Program-made: the position numbers and the translations under genes
Notes under the pieces: generated by a model
The model's database searches: none
What the model was told of the DNA's origin: nothing
Seen by the model: only the letters and a program-made list of their open reading frames with translations
From: Vicinamibacteria bacterium
GTDB lineage: Bacteria > Acidobacteriota > Vicinamibacteria > Fen-336
Assembly: GCA_050246895.1 (NCBI GenBank)
Contig: JBFWVE010000004.1
Coordinates: forward strand, 71,676 to 135,675
DNA length: 64,000 bases
Direction: 5' to 3'
In this document: piece after piece, positions 57,777-64,000 of the stretch
Layout: each line of letters opens with the position of its first letter
Position numbering within the stretch: the stretch's first letter is position 1

Positions 57777-58843
57777 GCCCGCTCGACGACCTCCTGGTCG
57801 CCTACCCTCCGGCCTTCGACCTGCTGATGACCGGCGCGATCCTGGTGGCGGCCTGGCTCTTCGCGCGCGTGCTCTCGTTCCTCGCAGCGCGCTCGCTGGC
57901 CCCGGCCGTCAGGCGCCGCGAGGCGCCCGAGGCGGGCGAGCTGCTGGGCGCCCTGCGCGGGCCGTTCCACTACGGCGTCTTCCTGATCGGCGCCTACCTG
58001 GCGCTGCACCGGATCGACCTGCAGCAGCTCTGGCTCGCGCGCCTCGACAAGCTGCTCTTCGCGCTCGCGGTTCTCGTCGTGATGGCCGCCGCTCTCCGGA
58101 GCTGGGACATCCTGGTCCGCCTGGCCACCCGCAGGCCGCCGGAAGGCGACGAGAGCCCGCTCTCGCGCGAGCTGGCGCCGCTCGTCTCGAAGGCCGGCCG
58201 CATGCTGATCGTGCTGGTCGCGACGATCACCGCGCTCGAGGGCCTGGGCGTCAACGTGAACTCGCTGGTGGTCTCGCTGGGCGTCGGCTCGCTGGCCGTC
58301 GGGCTGGCGGCGCAGGACACGCTCGCCAACATGTTCGCCGGCCTCACGCTGATGCTCGACCGGCCGTTCCTGACCGGCGACCGCATCCAGCTTGCCTCGG
58401 GCGAGCTGGGCGACGTCGTTCGCATCGGGATGCGGGCGACGCGCATCCGCACGCTCGACGACACCATCCTGGTGGTGCCGAACGCGGTGCTGGTGAAGGA
58501 AAAGCTGATCAACCGCTCGCAGCCGACCGCGGCCCTGACGACCCGCATCGAAGTGAACGTCGCCCACGGAAGCGATCTCGACCGCGTCAGCCAGGAGCTG
58601 CGCGACGCCGCGCTCGCCTCGCCGCTGGTGGATCCCTCGCGCGAGCCGCTCGTCCTGCTCCAGCGATTCGCCGAGTCGTCGCTCGCGTTCCTGCTGATCT
58701 TCTGGGTGCTCGACCACGCCCAGCAGGGGCTGGCGGTCGACGCGGTGCTGCGCAGGATCGACGAGCGCTTCCGCGCGGCGGGCATCGAGATCCCGTACCC
58801 GACCCACACCATCCGCCGGGCGAGACCCGAGGGGGAACGATGA
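57773..58843 (+). CDS. MscS-family mechanosensitive channel
   Basis: [35 protein letters not shown]. Confidence 0.92.
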   Translation: MSPLDDLLVAYPPAFDLLMTGAILVAAWLFARVLSFLAARSLAPAVRRREAPEAGELLGALRGPFHYGVFLIGAYLALHRIDLQQLWLARLDKLLFALAVLVVMAAALRSWDILVRLATRRPPEGDESPLSRELAPLVSKAGRMLIVLVATITALEGLGVNVNSLVVSLGVGSLAVGLAAQDTLANMFAGLTLMLDRPFLTGDRIQLASGELGDVVRIGMRATRIRTLDDTILVVPNAVLVKEKLINRSQPTAALTTRIEVNVAHGSDLDRVSQELRDAALASPLVDPSREPLVLLQRFAESSLAFLLIFWVLDHAQQGLAVDAVLRRIDERFRAAGIEIPYPTHTIRRARPEGER

Positions 58844-59082
58844 AAGCGCGCGTCTACGTGACGCTCAAGCCGTCGGTCTTCGACCCGCAGGGCAAGACCA
58901 TCCACGACGCGTTGCACACGCTGGGCTACGCGCAGGTGGCCGGCGTGCGGCAGGGCAAGTACTTCGAGCTGGACCTGCGGGCGGACTCGCCCGAGGCGGC
59001 GCGCGCGAGCGTCGAGGAGATCTCGCGCCGGGTGCTGGCCAACCCGGTGATCGAGTCCTTCCGCGTGGAGCTGCTGGCGTGA
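58840..59082 (+). CDS. purS: FGAM synthase subunit PurS
   Basis: [26 protein letters not shown]. Confidence 0.95.
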   Translation: MKARVYVTLKPSVFDPQGKTIHDALHTLGYAQVAGVRQGKYFELDLRADSPEAARASVEEISRRVLANPVIESFRVELLA

Positions 59083-59774
59083 GCGTCGGCGTCGTCGTGT
59101 TCCCGGGCTCGAACTGCGACCACGACGCCTACCACGTGGTGAAGCACGTGCTCGGCCGCGAGGCGCGCTTCGTCTGGCACAAGCAGGCCGACCTCGCCGG
59201 CCTCGACGCCGTGGTGCTGCCGGGAGGCTTCTCGTACGGCGACTACCTGCGCACGGGCGCCATCGCGCGCTTCAGCCCCGTGATGCGGGCGGTGGTGGAG
59301 TTCGCGGAGCGCGGCGGGCCGGTGCTGGGCATCTGCAACGGCTTCCAGATCCTGCAGGAGGCGGGGCTGCTGCCGGGTGCCATGCTGCGCAACCGCTCGC
59401 TGAGGTTCCTGTCGCAGCCCGTGCACGTCCGCATCGAGCGGACCGACACCGCCGCCACGCACGGCCTGCGCGAGGGCGACGTGATGACGATGCCGATCGC
59501 CCACGGCGAGGGCAACTTCCACCTGCCGGAGGGCGAGCTCGAGCGCCTGTTCGGCGAGGGCCAGGTGGTGTTCCGCTACACGACGCGGGACGGCCGGCTC
59601 GACGAAGCCGCGAACCCGAACGGCAGCGCGCGCGCGATCGCCGGCGTCTGCAACGCTCGGCGCAACGTGGTCGGCCTGATGCCGCACCCGGAACGGGCCA
59701 GCGAGGCGCCGCTCGGCTCCGCCGACGGCCTGCGCCTGATGGCCGCCTTCGTGGGCGTGCCGGTCGCCGCCTGA
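59079..59774 (+). CDS. purQ: FGAM synthase glutaminase subunit PurQ
   Basis: [30 protein letters not shown]. Confidence 0.97.
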   Translation: MSVGVVVFPGSNCDHDAYHVVKHVLGREARFVWHKQADLAGLDAVVLPGGFSYGDYLRTGAIARFSPVMRAVVEFAERGGPVLGICNGFQILQEAGLLPGAMLRNRSLRFLSQPVHVRIERTDTAATHGLREGDVMTMPIAHGEGNFHLPEGELERLFGEGQVVFRYTTRDGRLDEAANPNGSARAIAGVCNARRNVVGLMPHPERASEAPLGSADGLRLMAAFVGVPVAA

Positions 59775-59779
59775 GCCCG

Positions 59780-60751
59780 ATGAGCGAGCCCGTGCGCTGC
59801 AGCGTCTGGGTCCTGATGCGTCCGGACGATCCGGGTCTGCCGGCGCTCGAACCGCTGCCGCCCGGCGTGCGCGCGATCGTGCGCGCGTCGCCCGAGGAGT
59901 TCGCCGACGAGCCGCCCGCCGACGTCTTCCTGTGCGCGAAGACCGACGGCGCGTCCGTCGCGAAACTTCTGGCGCTCGCGCCGGGCGTGCGCTGGATCCA
60001 CTCGCGCTGGGCCGGCATCGACGGCCTCGCCTCCCCGGAGCTGCTGGCGAGCGGCGTGCCGGTGACCAACGGCCGCGGCGCCTTCGCGCGCGCGCTGGCG
60101 GAGTGGACGATCGCGGGCCTGCTGCACTTCGCGAAGGACCTGCCGCGGCTCGAGCGACAGCGCGCCGAGCGGCTGTGGCAGCCGTACGCCCCCGGGCAGC
60201 TCCATGGCCAGAGCCTGGGCATCGTCGGCTTCGGCGGCATCGGCCGCGCGACGGCGCGCCTCGCGCGCGCGCTCGGCATGCGCGTGATCGCGCTGCGGCG
60301 CCGACCCGAGGCCGGCGCGGAGCCGCTGGCAGACGCCGTCTACGGAGCGGACCGCCTGCTCGATCTCTTCGCGGAGTGCGACGCCGTGCAGCTCGCGCTG
60401 CCCCTGACGGGGGCGACGCGCCACCTGGTCGGCGCCCGGGAGCTGCGGGCGATGAAGCCGGACGCGGTGCTGGTCAACGTGGGCCGCGGCGCGGTCGTCG
60501 ACGAGCCGGCGCTCGTCGAGGGACTGCGCGCGGGCCGCCCACGGGCCGCGGCGCTCGACGTGTTCGAGACGGAGCCGCTGCCGCGCGAGAGCCCGCTGTG
60601 GTCGCTGCCGAACGTGCTGATCTCCCCGCACGCCGCCGACCAGGTTCCGGGCTGGCTCTACGAAGCGACCCTGGTCTTCCGCCAGAACCTGGATCGCTTC
60701 CTGGCCGGCGAGCCCCTCGAGAATCGGGCTGACCTCGAGCTGGGGTACTAG
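59780..60751 (+). CDS. D-2-hydroxyacid dehydrogenase
   Basis: GFGGIG, NVGRG, LDVFETEPLP, SPH. Confidence 0.9.
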   Translation: MSEPVRCSVWVLMRPDDPGLPALEPLPPGVRAIVRASPEEFADEPPADVFLCAKTDGASVAKLLALAPGVRWIHSRWAGIDGLASPELLASGVPVTNGRGAFARALAEWTIAGLLHFAKDLPRLERQRAERLWQPYAPGQLHGQSLGIVGFGGIGRATARLARALGMRVIALRRRPEAGAEPLADAVYGADRLLDLFAECDAVQLALPLTGATRHLVGARELRAMKPDAVLVNVGRGAVVDEPALVEGLRAGRPRAAALDVFETEPLPRESPLWSLPNVLISPHAADQVPGWLYEATLVFRQNLDRFLAGEPLENRADLELGY

Positions 60752-60754
60752 TCG

Positions 60755-61438
60755 CTACTGCAGCCGCGTGAAGAAGCGGTCCCAGCGGGGGACGAAGTGG
60801 TGGTTGATGTCGAAGGACAGCACCACCGTCGTCGCGCGGCCGACGATGCGGCTGCGTTCCACGAAGCCGAAGAAGCGCGAGTCGAAGCTGTTGTCGCGGT
60901 TGTCGCCCATCACCAGGTACTGGCCGGGCGGCAGGCTGACCGGCGCGAAGGACGGCATCGACGGCCGCGACGGCGTCGTCTGCATCGGGTGGGCGCGGCC
61001 GGCGGTCGTCTCGATGAAGGCCTGGCCGTCGGCGTCGATGCCGGCGAGCGCCGAGTGGTCGAGCGGCCGATAGGCCGAGGCGATGCCGTTCACGATCAGC
61101 TTGTGGTCCTTCAGCTCGATCCTGTCGCCGGGGATGCCCACCACCCGCTTGATCAGGCGCTTGCCGTCGTGCGGCGAGAACAGCACCACCACGTCGCCGC
61201 GCTGCGGCTCGGACCACTCGCTGAGGCGCCAGGTGGTGAAGGGGAACTTGAGGTCGTAGGCGACTTTGTTCACGAAGACGCGCTCGCCCTCGAGGATCGT
61301 CGGCCGCATCGAGCCCGACGGCACGTCGTTCCAGTCGGCGATCGCCGAGCGGAACGAGAAGAGCACGAGGCCGACCACCAGCAGCGGCCGCACCCACTCG
61401 CGCCACAGCCAGGCGAAGCGCTCGCGCAATCTCGTCAT
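60755..61438 (-). CDS. lepB: Signal peptidase I
   Basis: PSGSMRPT, IKRVVG, GDNRDNSFDSR. Confidence 0.93.
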   Translation of the reverse strand: MTRLRERFAWLWREWVRPLLVVGLVLFSFRSAIADWNDVPSGSMRPTILEGERVFVNKVAYDLKFPFTTWRLSEWSEPQRGDVVVLFSPHDGKRLIKRVVGIPGDRIELKDHKLIVNGIASAYRPLDHSALAGIDADGQAFIETTAGRAHPMQTTPSRPSMPSFAPVSLPPGQYLVMGDNRDNSFDSRFFGFVERSRIVGRATTVVLSFDINHHFVPRWDRFFTRLQ

Positions 61439-61548
61439 CCGTTTCGATCATACACGGGACACCCCGTGCGACCGGCCGCGCCGCCGCGAGCGCTACAATC
61501 ACGCGCTGCGACGACGCGAAGCGCGCGCGAATCACCGAAGGAGGCGGC

Positions 61549-62631
61549 ATGGCGGCACGACGAGGGTTCCTGAAGGGCGCCGGCCTGCTGGCGGCGGCTG
61601 GACCCGCCGCGCTCCTGGACGCCGCCCCGCCCGCGCCGCCGCAGGCCGCTCCCGCGCCGAGGGCCCCGCAGCCGCCGCCGCGCAAGCCCCGCGCGCTGCG
61701 GCCGGGCGACGTGGTCGGCATCGTGTCGCCGGCGTTCGCGTCGTTCCTCGACACCGATTTCGACGTCGCGCGCGACGCGATCGCTGCCCTGGGGTTCACG
61801 CCGAGGCTGGGCCCGAACCTGCGCAAGCGGCGCGGCTATCTGGCCGGCTCCGACCAGGAGCGAGCGGCCGACCTCAACGCCTTCTTCGCCGACCCCGAGG
61901 TGACGGGCATCGCACCCGTCACCGGCGGCTGGGGCTCGGCGCGGCTGCTGCCGCACCTCGACTACGAGCTGATCCGCAGGAACCCGAAGACCTTCTTCGG
62001 CTTCAGCGACATCAGCGCCCTCCACATGGCGCTCCAGGCGAAGTGCGGCTTCGTCACCTTCCATAGCCCGAATGCCTACTCGCGTTGGGCGCCGTTCACG
62101 CACGACGCCTTCCGCCGCGTGGCGCTGCTGGGCGAGGCGATCACGATGGCGAACCCGGTCGAGGGCGACGGCACGCTGGTGCCGATGGGCGACCTGCGGG
62201 TGCGCACGATCCGGCCCGGCGTCGCCCAGGGACGGCTGCTGGGCGGCAACCTCAGCGTGCTCTCGGCGCTCGTCGGATCGCCGTATCTCCCGAGCTTCGC
62301 GGGCGCGATCCTCTTCCTCGAGGACGTCGAGGAGCAGGTCTACCGGATCGACCGCATGATGACGCAGCTGCGTCTGGCGGGGCTGCTCGACGGCATCGCG
62401 GGATTCGTGTTCGGGCGCTGCTCACGCTGCGAGCCCGGCGAGCGGTACGCCTCGCTGACCCTCGAAGAGGTGATGGACGATCACGTGAAGGCGCTCGGGG
62501 TGCCGGCATTCCAGGGGCTGCTGGTCGGACACATCGAGAAGCAGTTCACGCTGCCCGAGGGCGTGAGCGTCGAGCTCGACGCGACGGCCTGCACGCTGCG
62601 CATGCTGGAGCCGGCGGTCGAGCTCGGCTAG
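61549..62631 (+). CDS. S66 LD-carboxypeptidase with Tat signal
   Basis: RRGFLK; GFSDIS, GGNL, LEDV, GH. Confidence 0.92.
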   Translation: MAARRGFLKGAGLLAAAGPAALLDAAPPAPPQAAPAPRAPQPPPRKPRALRPGDVVGIVSPAFASFLDTDFDVARDAIAALGFTPRLGPNLRKRRGYLAGSDQERAADLNAFFADPEVTGIAPVTGGWGSARLLPHLDYELIRRNPKTFFGFSDISALHMALQAKCGFVTFHSPNAYSRWAPFTHDAFRRVALLGEAITMANPVEGDGTLVPMGDLRVRTIRPGVAQGRLLGGNLSVLSALVGSPYLPSFAGAILFLEDVEEQVYRIDRMMTQLRLAGLLDGIAGFVFGRCSRCEPGERYASLTLEEVMDDHVKALGVPAFQGLLVGHIEKQFTLPEGVSVELDATACTLRMLEPAVELG

Positions 62632-62678
62632 GACCGCGAAGCCGAGCCCGCCGCCCGAAGGCCCGTAGAATCTCCGCG

Positions 62679-64000
<1,322 letters not shown>

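Overview
This is a high-GC bacterial window. The Ser/Thr kinase-TolB-TPR protein, DUF4097/ECF locus and gene mix suggest Acidobacteriota, but that is an inference. The flanks are mostly housekeeping, signalling and envelope genes. The left flank has an Omp85-like protein, a Cya2-like cyclase with an MBL hydrolase, an ECF sigma locus and an M20 peptidase. The right flank has kinases, a glycan-modification cluster, a Cpx-like two-component system, malic enzyme and purB/S/Q/L. Between about 11.4 and 30.0 kb lies an accessory island cut into modules by eight clusters of one imperfect-palindrome repeat family, with core CCGTGAACGTGAYCCGGCCG-loop-CGGCCGGGRCACGATCACGG. All clusters point the same way, and I saw none elsewhere in the window. 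The modules are a TPR/Sel1 protein, a PAP2/haloperoxidase-barrel-PPIase block, FitAB, an Rhs/Tc-like toxin with lipoprotein immunity plus IS debris, a four-helix-bundle (bAvd/IVP-like) gene whose N-terminus is itself encoded by the repeat, HicBA and Fic. The best candidate for an undescribed system is this integron-like, repeat-delimited cassette array without canonical attC sites, associated with the four-helix-bundle gene. No rRNA, tRNA or CRISPR array was recognised. All family calls come from reading motifs by eye, not from database searches.
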